Source: Kudoa neothunni (lineage: Eukaryota; Animalia; Cnidaria). Taken from it: a DNA stretch of 64,000 nt. The notes under the pieces were generated by a model. That model was not told where the DNA came from and did no database searches. It saw only the letters and a program-made list of their open reading frames with translations. Location: NCBI GenBank assembly GCA_964304625.1, contig OZ199840.1, positions 10,177,220 through 10,241,219 of the forward strand, given 5' to 3'. Numbering within the stretch: position 1 is the stretch's first letter; the number at the start of each line of letters is the position of its first letter. Below are positions 39,505-53,965 of this stretch, piece after piece. The position numbers and the translations under genes are program-made.

Positions 39505-40064
39505 GACACACACATGCAGACAGCTCAGCTTTGTATATAGTAGATGGTGTTGTATACGCGCCAGATGTCAAAAGAAAACACAAAGCTAATTGAAAAAACG
39601 CGAGAGAGTCTGCTAGCAAAAATATATCATTAGTTTAAAAAGGGTGAGGGGCTCCAAATCTCGATGTTGTCCGGCCTTCATTTCTGACAATTTGTACCGC
39701 CGCTTTCGATGGTAAGATGGTTTCATAATGTTGTCAATGTTGATGGGTGCATTGGTCCCACATTTCTTCACCAAATCTAAGGAACAGTGAAAATAATGTA
39801 ATTCATGGAGAAACGGGGACCAAATACTCTTTGAACAAAGGAGGACATGGTTTCCAATTCTTACTTCAACGGCCGCAACGGGGATTCCATTTTGGCGCCA
39901 ATTCGTGGAAGGTTCGAGACCCGACAGATATTAGAAGTAGATAAAGAATTGCGCGAATGCTCAAGTAACGCGAAACCACATGAAGTTTTCCACAATACAG
40001 TAGTACATTGGCCGTCATTTTTACACCAAAAGTTAACTTGAGAGTGATATTTAATATTGGATTT

Positions 40065-40531
40065 TTTTACATGGTCAAACCCCTAGCGCAACTTGTTAGG
40101 TTGTGATGCTCGGGCTGGTTAGCCCTTTTCCATTTCTGCTTTAGACACTGCAGCGCCATAGTAAGGCGACGCACGTTTATGCGGTAGGGTGGGATTTTAA
40201 CCCATTAAACATCTTCATTTCGGAGCAACCACCACCCTTAACCATACCCTTGACTAACCCAGAATTAGTCTGGGAAGGCCGCCTGAATGCGGGCGTCGGC
40301 TCTACGGAACCTCCCTACTGGTTTTTTTTCGTTTCTGCATCCCGGCGTTTATGAGCCCCCGAGTTCTATCTTTCCGCCAGACTCCCCTCCTAACTGCAAG
40401 CAAGACAAAGATAAATCGTGGATCTATGCGATTACTACAGCCTTCCTGCTTAATTCCCGATTAGGATTACAGGGACGCCCGGACTAAGCTTCGAACTTGC
40501 AACCTAACACCACTTTGTCATATTGTCCAGG
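40065..40531 (-). mobile_element. tRNA-headed SINE-like element
   Basis: B-box-like GTTCGAAGC, GC-rich body, tail AAGTTGCGCTAGGGGTTTGACC then A-rich. Homologous to the 21.3-22.5 kb and 59.6-60.0 kb copies. Confidence 0.7.
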
Positions 40532-41721
40532 CTAGTGGAAAAAATGTGCTACCTTATCCAAAGAATCCTCATTGGAAATTAGCAAAATTAATTCATCCAA
40601 AATCTTTTTTAATAAAAAATGATGTTGAGTCCCCGTTTGTTCAGATCTTAGTGATGCCATTTCATTGCAAAGAATTTTAGCTTCAGATATCGCTTAAATG
40701 TAGAATTTACAGCAGATCATTAACTCGAAATTTCTGTAATAGCCGACTACACATTACACAAATGGTTCTGAATGTGTATATCTTTGGTCATTTGAATAGA
40801 TGATAGGTAATAATTCTAGTGGCAACTCCTATTACAAATTTTCTTGTCATAAATCCATATTCATTTTTTCCAATAGAGATAATATGTGTATATAGTAACT
40901 TTATACTCATGTAGAAGCTACATGTGGAATTCTTGGAATAAGGTTCGTTTAAATAATTTAAACTTATATAATATTGTGTGCATATAACGTTAATGATGCG
41001 TTATATTTTATGTTAATGTCTGAGTTTAATTTTTCAACAATTTTAGATGTTAACTCTCTAACTACCATATTCTCCCGCTCAATCCTTATACTTGACAAAT
41101 AAATTAGAAAATCACTGATAACACTTCTATTGTCGAAGATTTTATAGAATAGTAGATCCAGTAACAAAAATGCTTCCGCCTTAAGTACGCACCCATTGTT
41201 TTTATAGCCTTTTCACAGTTTGGAAATGCATCTTCGACCTTTATATCTGATATAATATCTTTAATAAATAGTGATTGATTAGAATCTCCTTCCATAATGA
41301 TTGAACTCAGTACCATCATCGTTATATCTGTATTTTAAAGGTCATTTTACTCGTTTATGACATCATACTACATAAAATTAGCTTTATAAGAGAAATATAC
41401 ACCGATTCATCCAAAACTTATTGTTTGTATTGATACGCATACGAGAATTAAAAATATCCACGATGTATTTGGATGTCTAACTGTTAACTAAAAAATAAAT
41501 GAAACTAAATTTACATTCTGAATTGATAAAAAATATTTATCAGAAAAAGTGACAACGATTGAATTATTATTTTAAGAGAAAAAGCGCGTCCGGCGAAATA
41601 GACACTGTCTTTTTATGTTGCGATATAAGTAGAAGTAGATAGATTATAATACTAAAGTATACTTTTTCTATAAACTATTTGAATTTTGGAAATTTTATCT
41701 ACCAAAATATAATCTTAGCAA

Positions 41722-43110
41722 TTAAGCTGCAGGTTTCAAAGGATCCTCGCAAATAGCTTTACAATCTGCTTCGTTTTTGAAGTTATTCAGATTCATTTCT
41801 TTTCCATTAAAATTAAACTCTGTGCATTTCGTGGTTCCCGTTCCTGTTCCTGTTTTCTTATGGTCATAAAAATGTCTCTTGATTTTGTATTTATCACTGC
41901 CACTTGATTCCCCGACTTTTGGCAGTTTACAGGCTTCAACAGCTGTTAACTGACCGATATGAGCAGCTTAATTTATATTAAATATTATTACCATTTTATT
42001 GAATACTTGCCGGACAGAAACTTGCACACAGTTCAACAGAACTAAATATGTTCAACGCACCATCGTCGATTTTAGTCGCCTCAGTTGGTGTATTTGACAT
42101 GAATGGTAAGCATAATGCTTGGGTTTTATTGAAATAGTAATATATGGTTTGACTAGCTGTAACTTCATTTTCCGATGGAACTTGATATGGGCCCTCCGCT
42201 TCACATGCTGCAACTTTATTTTCTATTTGAGATAAATGGATGATTTACTGTTTTGAATTATATACTTATGCAGGTCTTGACACAATTTGGTAAATCGGTG
42301 AAAAATCCCCTTTTGGCTGCTGCTCCAACAGCAGCGTAAACGCATTTGTTTCCGTCTTTATGGGGAACGATTCCCATTTGCGGTGCTGCAGTTTTTACTT
42401 CGGGTACAAATTTGCAATCGAATTCATTTGGAGTTGCTGTCAGTTTTGTGAGATCGTTTTCATCTGTTATCTTACCATTTTCCTTATCTATCGACACAAT
42501 TACAAAATAGGTTTTATCATTTTGATTAATTTTAAATTCTGCATGAAATAATGGGGGAATTACTTTGGCAAGCTTGTTTGCATTCCGTTTCTGAAGCAAA
42601 GTTGTTTGCGTTTCCACCGCATCCGTTGTATTTGAAGCTGTGGCAAGCGTTCTTCTTTTCTTCAACGGCAGTTTTGCTGAAGTACCATCTTGTCGGCCTT
42701 TTATCGCCAATTAAGCCACAGCCTCCATCATGTTTCGGTAAGTCACACGCATCAGCTTGTTCTTCTGGTTTAAATTTTACTATTCCAATATTAAATTCTT
42801 AAATAAATGAAACGCAATGTACGATGCTCATTGCAAGCAGATCTGGAGACAAAGTTGTTGAAATTTCCGAGGGACCCAAGGTAGGTAAAAGGTTTGCATG
42901 TGGCGTCACTTTTATCGATATACCACCTCTCGACAGCAGCCTGCGCCTTAAGCTCATCACTCGCCAACCAAACTGGTGCCTGACCTGCATCTTTCTCATA
43001 TGAAGGCAAAGCTCTCTCTTTACAGAATGAATAAATATAAATATCGATTTAAATCAGTCACCTGCGGAAACGATTGCTAAGAAAAGAGAAAATAATGAAA
43101 GCATCAACAT
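41722..43110 (-). CDS. Secreted multi-Kunitz (BPTI-like) domain protein, 5 domains
   Basis: Signal exon MLMLSLFSLFLAIVSA. One canonical domain, CDLPKHDGGC..RWYF..CHSFKYNGCGGNANNFASETECKQAC, and four degenerate domains on separate exons. Confidence 0.85.
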
Positions 43111-44099
43111 AATTCACGATAATATAAAAAAAGTCGATTATCAATGATATTTAGTATGAATTGTCCTCGTCCTTGCAAATTCAATATTCAATTAATTCAT
43201 TGCTTATTGATCTGATTTATTTACTGGCAAGTATGAATGTTTATTAATCCTCTAATATACCGAAAATCAACTGCAATCCGATGGGCTATTGTGGACTGTG
43301 TGGTTCACCATTTTTATTTTCTTTACGTTTTTTTTCGTCAGAAGCGGTTCCGAAAAATTTTATATGTTCCTCTCAACTTGATCAAATCAAAATTATTTTC
43401 AAAATCAAGAAATGAAATTTTTTTCCGAATCGCACAATGGCGGTGTAGTAAATAACATAATCGTCATGTTTAACACTGGTTTGTGTATCTCACTATGAAG
43501 GAATATAAATACATCTCGTGCATTTAAATGTTTCTTATATTTTTATATTATATTCCACAGAAAAATATTTCATAAAAAGTCATTATTAACGTTGTTGTTC
43601 AGGCATGTAGAATATCGAAAATTTCTCCATATTCATAACATTTTTTCATTAATATTTTATCTTAATTAAACCAGTATAATTATTTTTAGAAATATGATTT
43701 TTTAAACCAAAACTAGGGTTTCTACGCGGGCCAAGCCAAGCCACGCGAGCGAGCGAGCGATGAATGTGAAATGCATTACGTATGGTAGTGTATGAATGTA
43801 ACGCAGAAATTGGGAAGATGAAAGCCATTGCATTGCATCCTTTTTTTGCGCTGGACACTAAAATAGCTCATGAATTCGGCCAAAAATTACAGTTTTCCAT
43901 CGATAATATAATTAATAATAAGTGAATTTGATGCAAAGATTATCTTTTATATATTTTCTTATTAAAGTATTGTTATTTATTTGATGTTCCGTAAAAACTG
44001 TTCAAATATTGAGCCAACCATTTCAAGTTCGATTTATAATGTCACTCATAGACAAAATTTTATTTAGAAAGAGTTTCCTGATTTTTACTTATTACTTTA

Positions 44100-44800
44100 A
44101 TTCTTTTTGGATTGATATAATAACTTCATCAATCTAATCAGAGTCGTCATTATTCCTGTCAAAATCAGGAAATTCTGGTTTTGTCACAATTTCAGAGGTG
44201 TCCACTGTGTTGCTTTTAAGAGTTTCTTCAATAGGATTTGTAATTCTAGTGATTTCTTTTCTTCAATCAGCTCGATTTTTCCATGCTTCAAATGATAATC
44301 ATCAGTATCATCAGAATAATCATTTAATGGATTTTCATAGTGGAAAAATGATTTTCTAAAGCATTTAACTATGGTTACCGTTTTAATATATTCTCATAAT
44401 TTGATCCTCAAATGAATAACATCTAAGATATTAGTTAAATGTAGCCACTATCTTGAAATTCGATCCGATGCATGATTGACGTCATTAGATTTATTTTGTG
44501 CATCATTTTAAAACTTTAACAGTCAATGTTCCAATGGCTGAAGCACATTGGTTGTGTTCGAAGAAAGGTAGCAGTGTTACATTAGACAAATATTTTTTGT
44601 AGGCTAAGAAATAGTCGAGAAATAATAAAATTTTTCTCTTAAGAATTGTTCGCTGCCTATTCTATTTTTCAAGAAAGGACGCAAAAATGGAACTGGTCAT
44701 TTAGGCCTTTTTATTATCGTGCTGCTTGTTGGCAAATTTTTCCATCGCTTATAGCTTGGCATCTTTATTATATGATATAAACTCGTAAAATTTAATAATT
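44100..44800 (-). mobile_element. pogo/Tigger (DDE_1) transposase remnant
   Basis: Fragments KKA*MTSSIF, KRKILLFLD and NTTNVLQPLE, interrupted by stops. Confidence 0.7.
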
Positions 44801-47800
44801 TAGATTTATTTTGGTAGTATAACGTGATTTGTTTCGCAAAAATTCAGGCTCCATCCATTATTCTTTGCATGTTCAAATTATGTGCTGCGCTCGAGCCATT
44901 TTTGCATTAGATCCATACAGTAGGTTTTCAACCCTAATATTTTGTTGGAACCATATTATTTATTAATAAATGATCTATTTTTATTGAACCATCTATTTCG
45001 ATTTGAATAAAATATAATATAATAAGTCGTAAACAACTAAATTTTTAAAAATTGCGTTGGAGCCATATGGCGTACTACCCATACACTACTGTATCATGTT
45101 TTCGCATCACGCTTACTCCTTTTAGGTAATTATAAAGTTAGGGTATTAAAATTAAGTTAATATACGAACGCGATGAATATTAAAATAGACATTTTTAGGA
45201 AAAATAATACAAATAAAATGTTTTCGTCACCTTTCAATGCACTATAAACTTAAACTTAACAAAATTATGAGGTAATTATGCCACTTATTCGGTTTATGAA
45301 TATATCGAAGTAAGGTTTTTTTATTTGAAACTCTAAAGCGAGTCTATTAAAATTAATCTACTAGAATGTTAAATTACTCTTAATTCGATTTTGAATTTAA
45401 AAACTTAAATAAGAATTAATAGACGTCATTTAAACTATAAAATTGCGTCAAATCAAAAGTAATATATTCAAATAAATTTCATTTGCAGTATAATCAACTC
45501 TTGATAAACTTGTGAACGAACGATTTATTGGACTAGGTCAAATACAATGAGATGTACCTATACGCCTATTTTAAAATATGTTATACTTATATTAAAATAA
45601 TTTTAACGTTATTTAGCATCCATATTTATTCAGATTTTCTGATTTGTTGAAAATGAATTTTAGTCGACTAAAATGTTTACATCAACAATATATTAACATT
45701 TAGAAAAACGATCTAGATAATAACTTAAAAAGTATTTAGGTATTATAGACACTAAGAACAATTTGTGTCAGTCAATGCATGGTGGGCTGGATAGAAAGAA
45801 CTGGCGGGGAGTAGGTTGCCGAACCCTGCTCTAAAGACTACAGTTTTCTCATTTTTTCCTTAATCAACCCATTTTTGATGTGGCGAAGAGATTCTCAACC
45901 GAGAGTAAATTTTTAATGACCGGGGTAAATCAAGTGACATTAAAATTAGATAGGGGAAATTTTTGCATAATGCGGTTTGTGACTTATTTAATGATGTCGA
46001 AGGAATTAAATCGTTTAGGACTATTAAACTTAATATGAAGTTGCCATAAATAAAAAAATTTTTTGTTGGAATGAGTATTTAATAACTATATATAAAGTCA
46101 CTGTCAGTCTCTTTCTTTTAGGCCTCGTCTATCTTTTAGTAATAAGGCCTAATAATAATAATACTTAAAGGGGCTATTTTCATAGTAAATAATATTCAAG
46201 CACCATTAATTTTGTTTATTTTTAATTATTTCTAGCCTCTAAGAGCGCAGGAATGGGTCATAAATAATTAAATTTAGTAGAATCTAAAAGTTCAATCTTT
46301 AGACAGCATGTTGGTAAAAGTTTTTTTGGATTAAAAATTGTCATTACGCGAGCGTACATTCATTTTAGGATTAGAATTTACCGTGAAAATATCCTCTGTC
46401 TTAGATAAACCAGTACAAAACCTTAAAGTAGATATGAACCTGGCTTCCAAATTAAAGGAGTAAATTTGAAAATATCATTGAGAATCCCGGATGTAACGTA
46501 TATCATGTTTGGCATTTTAGTAACTCCGTATGGTTAGTCACATCACGTATCACATTTCTTCCTCACGTTCACGATTTTTAGAAACTTTAGTCAAAACTCT
46601 ACCCCATTAGAGGCAATTATTGAGCATTCTTCGATAAAATGTCTCCTAAACAATACTAAAACAGTGATTATTAATTAGGAAATTTGTAAATAACTAGTAT
46701 AATTGTCCCTGAAAAGTTTATAATTGAGAACGATCTTTAGAAATGATATTTATTTCGATGGATTATTATTTATGAAAACTTAACATAGTTATACCGTAAA
46801 TTTGTAATAATTTTTATTATTTGATTAATTTTAGTTGTATTTTCAATCACGTTCACTGAAACTCAGAATAAACACACGTGGGATCGTCCAGGGTGGACAA
46901 TAAAATAATGCTAAGGTTGCTCAACAAGGCGGAGTAACCGCCGTTAATTTAATTATTAATTATAATCTCCAATAATTTTAACACCGTTTTTTCTTAGTTA
47001 AACGTAATATTTCAATTTATATCAAATTTGTATTTATATATCATCTTTTTTTAACATTGTTAAAAAAAATTAAACTGAATATTTTGACTATTTAAGTATA
47101 ATAATTCAAGGTAGGTTCCATTAGTTGAATCAAAATTTTTCAATTATTAAAGCTGAACAATAATTTTTATAATTTCTAAATGATTTTTCATTTAGCACGA
47201 TGTAAGAGACCTTTCTGAGATGGTTTTTATATTTTGAAAAGCATGACAACTATTTTAATCATCATGGCTCAAAGAGATGGGAGCTACAATCTGATTCTAT
47301 TTCAAATGTTTATTCAATTTTAAAGCGTATTTTTAAATAAAAAAACAAATGTTTTTACATTAATACTTAAGTTATAGATAATTTGTTGTTTAAATACAGG
47401 GGTCACCAAAGTACGGCCCGCGGTGTCCCCCAACATTCGAATACGCTCGCGCGAGCGAGAAATTATGTTGATTTACTTGGAGACTAACAATACATTATTT
47501 TAGAAGATGAACGTTAATTAAAAATCTTTATTTAACTCATCGAGCGTTTTTATTTTATCTTATATGAGAGAAAAGAAAATTAGCACGCTAATAAAGCAAG
47601 ATTCTGAATGTATAACGTAGGAATCCATAAGATACATGTTTCAAGGTTAAGTTGATTCCTATGTCTCTAATAATTTAAAATTCTTAGTTATTTAAACTCA
47701 TACATTAAATTAATTTTTAATTTGATTGATTTTAATTGATTTGATATTAGAAATTAAAAATGATTAGACAATAATCACCGTTCCTTAGATATTTTCTAGC

Positions 47801-49386
47801 ATCGTATAGAGTATTTTACAAAATTGTGCGTCTATCTCCAAATGGTGGTCGATAAAGAAATAATAAGAGAAAACTTTAACTCCAAAAATTAACACCTTAT
47901 TAGCATCTACGCAACTTTTTACCGTGATCAAATAAACAAACTATGAATTTTATACTCGAAAAAAATTGTAATTATTAATTACAAGCATAAATGTAAACAC
48001 CTTTGCGATTTTTTTGAACTACACAGCAGACAATGGATGGTTTGTAATATCATTGTGGGCCTCAAAACTGAAACATATTAGATCAGTTGTGCACAAACTT
48101 TTGAAGCCTCGGGCCAAATTTTAATCTTCTAAAACTTCCAGGGCCAGAAAATTTAAAACTAAAGTTATAGCTCACACTTTGGATATTTTTACTAATTTCG
48201 AAACGCAATATTCCAAAGAATTCAAAAATAATAAATTTACTAAATGTTTTCAATCGAATAACGAATGTCATAGCCAATAAATACTATTCATCCCTGTTGA
48301 ATAAAACAATATTTTTCTACCCTGGTGTAATTAAAATAAATTTTCTATTCTCATCATAAACTTTTTTTTCGAATTTCGGTCATTTTATTTTGGAAATCAA
48401 ATAAAAGTAATCTGAATTAAATATGAGATATACCTTAGATGAGCAAAATGATTGTGTGGCCATATGTGAAGTGCAGTTTAAATTAAATTGCTCATTATAA
48501 GCTTTAACGGATGTTTATCCTTTATGTCAAAGTTTATTTATTTTTCTTATAGAAACTTTCAGAAAACTTTGATTTTTTAGCACAATGTAGATACCATATT
48601 ATTTCGAATCGTTTATAAAACGTGCTTTAATTATTTACTTTATTTTAACTGAACTTAAATTTCGGATCAGCATTGTCAAGCGAATTTTTAATCCATAAAT
48701 CCCCCCAGTGCCAATATGCTTTTCTTCTCCTCCTCCTCCTCCATACACACTCAAGAAGGAATAATTAAAATTGGTACATGAAATTCGCCAAAAAAACGTT
48801 TTTTCCATATCGCATGATGAAGTGGCTAATAGCAATAAATCTTTTTGTCTGTTTAGAGAGCTTTTGATGTTTGGTTCTTAATGGTTCGAATATAATAAAA
48901 AACTCAAATAAATTTTGTTAGTAGCTTCATTAGGTGTTCTTGATATATTTAATAACTAGATAAACCAATTGAGGTTGAATAATCGAATTCTTTTTCCCAC
49001 TTCATTTAAAAGTACACCATTAATCTGAAATTAATTAGGGTTCATCACGGGCCACAAAAAGCTCACTGTGAGCCGCAATTTGTGCACCTCTATACTAGAT
49101 CTTGCAACAGGAATCAGTTTTCTGTTTCACATTCACATTTACATTCAAATACATATTCAGTATTTTTATATATTTATATTATTTTGGTTAAATTTTTATA
49201 ACTGCATAGAAGACGAAAATTTTTTTCTCCTGCCCTCGAAGCATATGTAAATCAAAAATTTGGGTGATCCCTGTGTTAATATTTTTATGCGCTTGTGCAA
49301 TAAAGTACATACTTACCGGTCCCAGCAGGACAGTACTTACCATTCCCCCATCCCCAATGGGATGACGTTCGACTGATTCATTATTG

Positions 49387-49916
49387 CAGGGGTCGGCAAA
49401 TACGGCCCTCCATGCATTGACAAGCATACAAATTTTTCTTCAGTGTCTAAAATACGTAAATAGTTTTTACGTTTTTATCTAATTCGTTTTCTACATGTTA
49501 ATATGTTATCGATATAAACATTTCAGCCGACTGAAACTCATTTTCATTGAGTCAGAAAACTGGGATAAATATGACTGTCAAAATAAAATTAAAATTATTT
49601 TTAGAAAAATATAAAATAATTTTAAAAGTACATATAGATACATCTCATTATTTGACATCATACAATAAGTAGTGTTTCCACGAATTAAGTATGGGTTGTT
49701 TACACCGCAAATGAAAATTATTAGTATATAGTAATTTTTCTTTGACGTAATTTTATAGTTAAAACGACTTTTATAAATTCTAATTTATATATTTATATTC
49801 AATATTTGAATTAGGAATAATTTAACATTTTCGTAAATTGATTTTAATACGGCCCGCCCGCATTAAGTTAGAACATGCTTGTTTGGCCCGGCACTCAAAA
49901 AGGTTGCCGACCCTTA
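49387..49916. mobile_element. hAT/Charlie-type MITE
   Basis: CAGGGGTCGGCAA...TTGCCGACCCTTA with TSD cattattg/cattactg. Related termini near 45815-45828 and 47398. Confidence 0.8.
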
Positions 49917-50540
49917 CATTACTGTAATAAATGCTAGTTCATCAAGCATGCGCACATTATGCTATCAAATAATTTGTTAGTTTTCTACATCTTCATTATG
50001 GGAGATCACAACATATACAAATTTTTCGAAAATTATAAAAATAATGAGATTTTAATAAATTAAGTTAGTTCATGCTATTTTAAATATGTAAAGAAGGATA
50101 ATAGATGTGTGGTTATCTAGATGATTAAATTAGGATTTGAAGTAAATTGCGGTTTATGTTAGAATATAAATATTATTTAATTGAGGTTGAGTGTGATGTT
50201 TCGCAGAGTTACATTCGAATATTAAAATAGGTGTTTAAATATAAAATCGCAAACGTTTCAGAATTAACTAACAGAACAATCACAAATTTTACTTCCAAAT
50301 TATAACAAAACCAATGATTACATATAATGGAATTATTTGCGAAAATAAAAATATTTGATGGAAAACCAATTTTTAAACTTCCTACATTCTTGGGGGGTTT
50401 AATTATCACTTAAATGAGAAAATTTAATTTTCTAAAATAATTTAAGGTAGATATGAATATAACAGATGAGATATGAAAAAGTTTTTAATCCCGACTGACC
50501 TCGAGAGTGTTTCGTAATCTAGTCGGAGGTGTGAAAGAAG

Positions 50541-53500
50541 ATGCATTCTGATCAAGATCCAAAAAAAGAAACTATTTTGAAAAAATCTCGTGCCAAGAAA
50601 AAGAAGGATAAAGCAGCAGCAGATGACGATGCAGATGAATGGGCTGCTATATTAGCACAGGCACCTGTTAAAAAAGAAAAGCCGGCCGATCCCACAACCG
50701 AACAAACACCAAATACTGAGAATGTGGTTGGTGGTAGCAAGAAAAAACGTAACAAAAAGAAAAAAACCGAAACCAACAATGAACAAGGCGATACACCCGT
50801 GGTTGACGAGGAAACGCCAACATCAGATGCTCCAACCACGGAAAGCAAGAAGAAAAAAAAACAACAACCAGTTGATACAAAGCCAGCTGCACCAGTCAAG
50901 AAAAAAAATCATGCCATGCTCGCCAGAATGAAAGAAACATTAGAACGACAACGATTGGAAGAAGAACGTAAAAAACAAGAAGAGGAAGCCATCAAGAAAG
51001 CCCTTGAAGAGGCTGAAGCTCAGGAGGAGGAAGCTGCGAGACTTGAGTTGGAGCTGAAAGAGAGACGAAAGCAGGAAAAGAAAGAGCGACTACAACGAAT
51101 GAAAGAGGAGGGAAAGCCTGTGACCAAAGCTCAAAGAGAAAACCACGCTCGTTTGGGTATGATGATGGAAGCGCTAAAAAATCAAGGTATAGAAATTCCT
51201 CAGAGAGTTTCTGAACCAACCGAAAAGAAACCTGTTGTGTATGGCAAGATGAAAAAGAAGGCTCCCAAAAATATCCATCATGTGTCAAATAAAAATGGAG
51301 TGATAAGTGGTGAAGCTCTTCATCGCCCACCAGCTGATGAATCCAATAACAACAGTAGTGACATCAGCGTGGAAACAAAGCTTAATGGACTTAACGAACA
51401 TCAACTACCTCGCGATAATGATAATCACTTGAAGGTGGTGGATGAAAGAACACGAACGGATAGTGAAAGTGTACCTGATGATTGGGAAGCAGCTGTTGAT
51501 GCTGAGCTTGGTGTTAATGGTGATGCTGCAGCAATGAACAAGAATAAATCAACTCAACAAGTCGAAAAAGTGACAGTAGCTGATAATACCACCGACAGTA
51601 AATCAGACCAAACCAACAATGTTGTTGATGGTGCTGTGACGAAGAAGAAAAAATTACGATCTCCAGTGGTGTGTGTGCTTGGTCATGTGGATACTGGAAA
51701 AACCAAAATATTGGACAAACTTCGTCTCACCAATGTGCAGGCTGGCGAAGCTGGTGGTATCACTCAGCAAATCGGCGTTACAAACGTAAACAAAGAACAC
51801 ATAGCTGAAAATCTTCAAAAACTACCCTACATGAATGACTTTCGATTTCTCATTCCCGGTTTTCTTATTATTGACACACCCGGTCACGAATCATTCAGAA
51901 ATTTGCGTTCGAGAGGAAGCTCGCTTTGTGACATTGCGATTTTGGTTGTTGACATAATGCACGGAATCGAACAACAAACATTAGAGTCATTCAAGTTGTT
52001 GATGGAGAAAAAAGCACCCTTTGTTATAGCGCTCAACAAAGTCGATCGATTATACAATTGGAAGAGTTATAGCAATCTATCGGTTAGTGAAGCTTTAAAG
52101 AAGCAAGAACAACACACATCAACTGAATTTCGCGATCGTTACAATCAAGCTGTAGCGCAATTTGCTGCCCAAGGTGTTAACATTGGTTTGTTTGATGAGA
52201 TTGACGACTTTCGAAATATTATACCGGTTGTACCAACAAGTGCTCATTCCGGGGATGGTATCTCCGATCTTATTGCCACACTGTGCAACTACTCTCAAAC
52301 CCACTTACGCAAACGACTCACGCGAAATGACTCATTGAATCAGTTGATTGTACTGGAAGTTAAATCGGTGGTTGGTTTAGGTATGGTGGTTGATGCGATA
52401 CTGATTAATGGCGTGTTGACTGAGGGTGACACAATTGTGTTGTCTGGAACAATGGGTCCTATTGTCACTCAGATTAAAGCTATCCTAACCTCGCAACCTA
52501 TGACCGATTTGAGAGCCTCCAAGTCCAACTTCACCAAACACTATTCCGTCGACGAATCACAAGGCATTCGTATTTCCGTATCTGGCGATTTAGAGAATAT
52601 CATCGCTGGTACTCCTATTCATGTGGTTTCCGAGGAGAAACCTCTCGATATATGTGTCAAAGAAGCTACCCATTATGTTGAAAGTATACTGAACACCTAT
52701 CAAACAGAAGAGGTTGGCGTGCATGTTCAAGCTTCCACACTTGGCTCGTTGGAAGCATTGATGTCGTTTTTAAACACTTCAAAAATAAGTGTAATGATTG
52801 TTGATGATAGTCGATATGGTTAGAGTTGTTATTTCCGTTTTAGGTTGCTGGTGTAAATATTGGTCCTGTGCATAAGAAAGATGTGTTGAGAGCATCGGTT
52901 ATGCATCAAAAAAAACCAATGTATGCGGTTATATTGGCATTCGATGTGAAAGTTGAATCGGAAGCCATTTTATACGCCAAAAAAGAAAATGTTAAAATTT
53001 TCACTGCTGACATTATCTACCATTTGTTCGACAGTTTCACCCAATACAACAAAGAATGCAATGAGGCCATAAAGGAACAACATCGTGCGTTAGCCGTTTT
53101 CCCATGCAAGCTGAAAATTCTTCCACAGTTTATTTTTAACGAGCGTGATCCCATTATTATGGGTGTTGCTGTGGATGCTGGAAGTTTGCATATTGGTACA
53201 CCTTTGTGTGTCCCTTCTAGAGATGTATTTTCTCTGTGTGTCAATATGTCTATTGATATATTTAATTAGTTCGTCTCAATTGGAACTGTGGCCACTATTG
53301 AAATAAACAAAAAACCAATCACCAAAGCAACTGTTGGCCAAGAGGTTGCTATCAAGATTATTCCGGTTAGTGGAGAAACTCCCAAAATGTATGGGCGTCA
53401 TTTCGATCACAACGATATGCTTGTTAGCAAGGTACACTCACTCCGCTTTTATTCACTTCCTATATTTAATTTTCAATTAAGCTGCTCTTATTTTTTCTAA

Positions 53501-53624
53501 TTTCTTATGTTTTTAGGTCACGCGGGATTCCATTGATATTCAAAAGGACTTGTTCAGAGATGAAATGACCAAAAGTGACTGGATTCTGATAAAAGACTTG
53601 AAGAAAGTGTTTAATATTCTTTAG
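50541..53624 (+). CDS. EIF5B: Eukaryotic translation initiation factor 5B; 4 coding exons
   Basis: Lys/Glu-rich N-terminus, LRSPVVCVLGHVDTGKT, EAGGITQQIG, DTPGHESF, NKVD, QASTLGSLEAL, KMYGRHFD and C-terminal DWILIKDLKKVFNIL*. Confidence 0.97.
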
Positions 53625-53965
53625 CTGTATGTGTGTGTTATAACTTTTAATTGATATTATGTGTGATTTGGTTGTATTTTTTTTAATAATTACGCAAGCA
53701 TGATTAATTTTTTATATATGGCTGTAGCTGTAGCAGGGATGATCAGACTTGCCCTGATTCGGATAGGGAGCCAACTTTAACCTTCTAATCTCGAAAGGAG
53801 TTGGGATAGAAATCTACCCCTATGAGACTTTGTTTATTCTATAATTCGTTACTTATAATTTCAAACTTTCTGAGATGACCTGTATTCCTCCAAAATAATT
53901 TTTTTGCAAATCAAAATAAAATAACAATTTATTACTATTATATTGGCGGGAATATACGTTTTCCA

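Larger units (their letters stand above)
36761..39544 (-). mobile_element. Non-autonomous Helitron carrying nested MITEs
   Basis: Minus-strand start A|TCTACTATATACAAAG plus (TG)n. End CCCAAGAAATGTTGGACGGTTCGCGCTAG|T (hairpin plus CTAG). That both ends belong to one element is inferred. Confidence 0.55.

Noticed and set aside
50552-53244. Antisense and alternative-frame ORFs over eIF5B (likewise over IDH3, PNUTS and the Kunitz gene)
   Set aside because: They are shadows of real coding sequence with no recognisable motifs.
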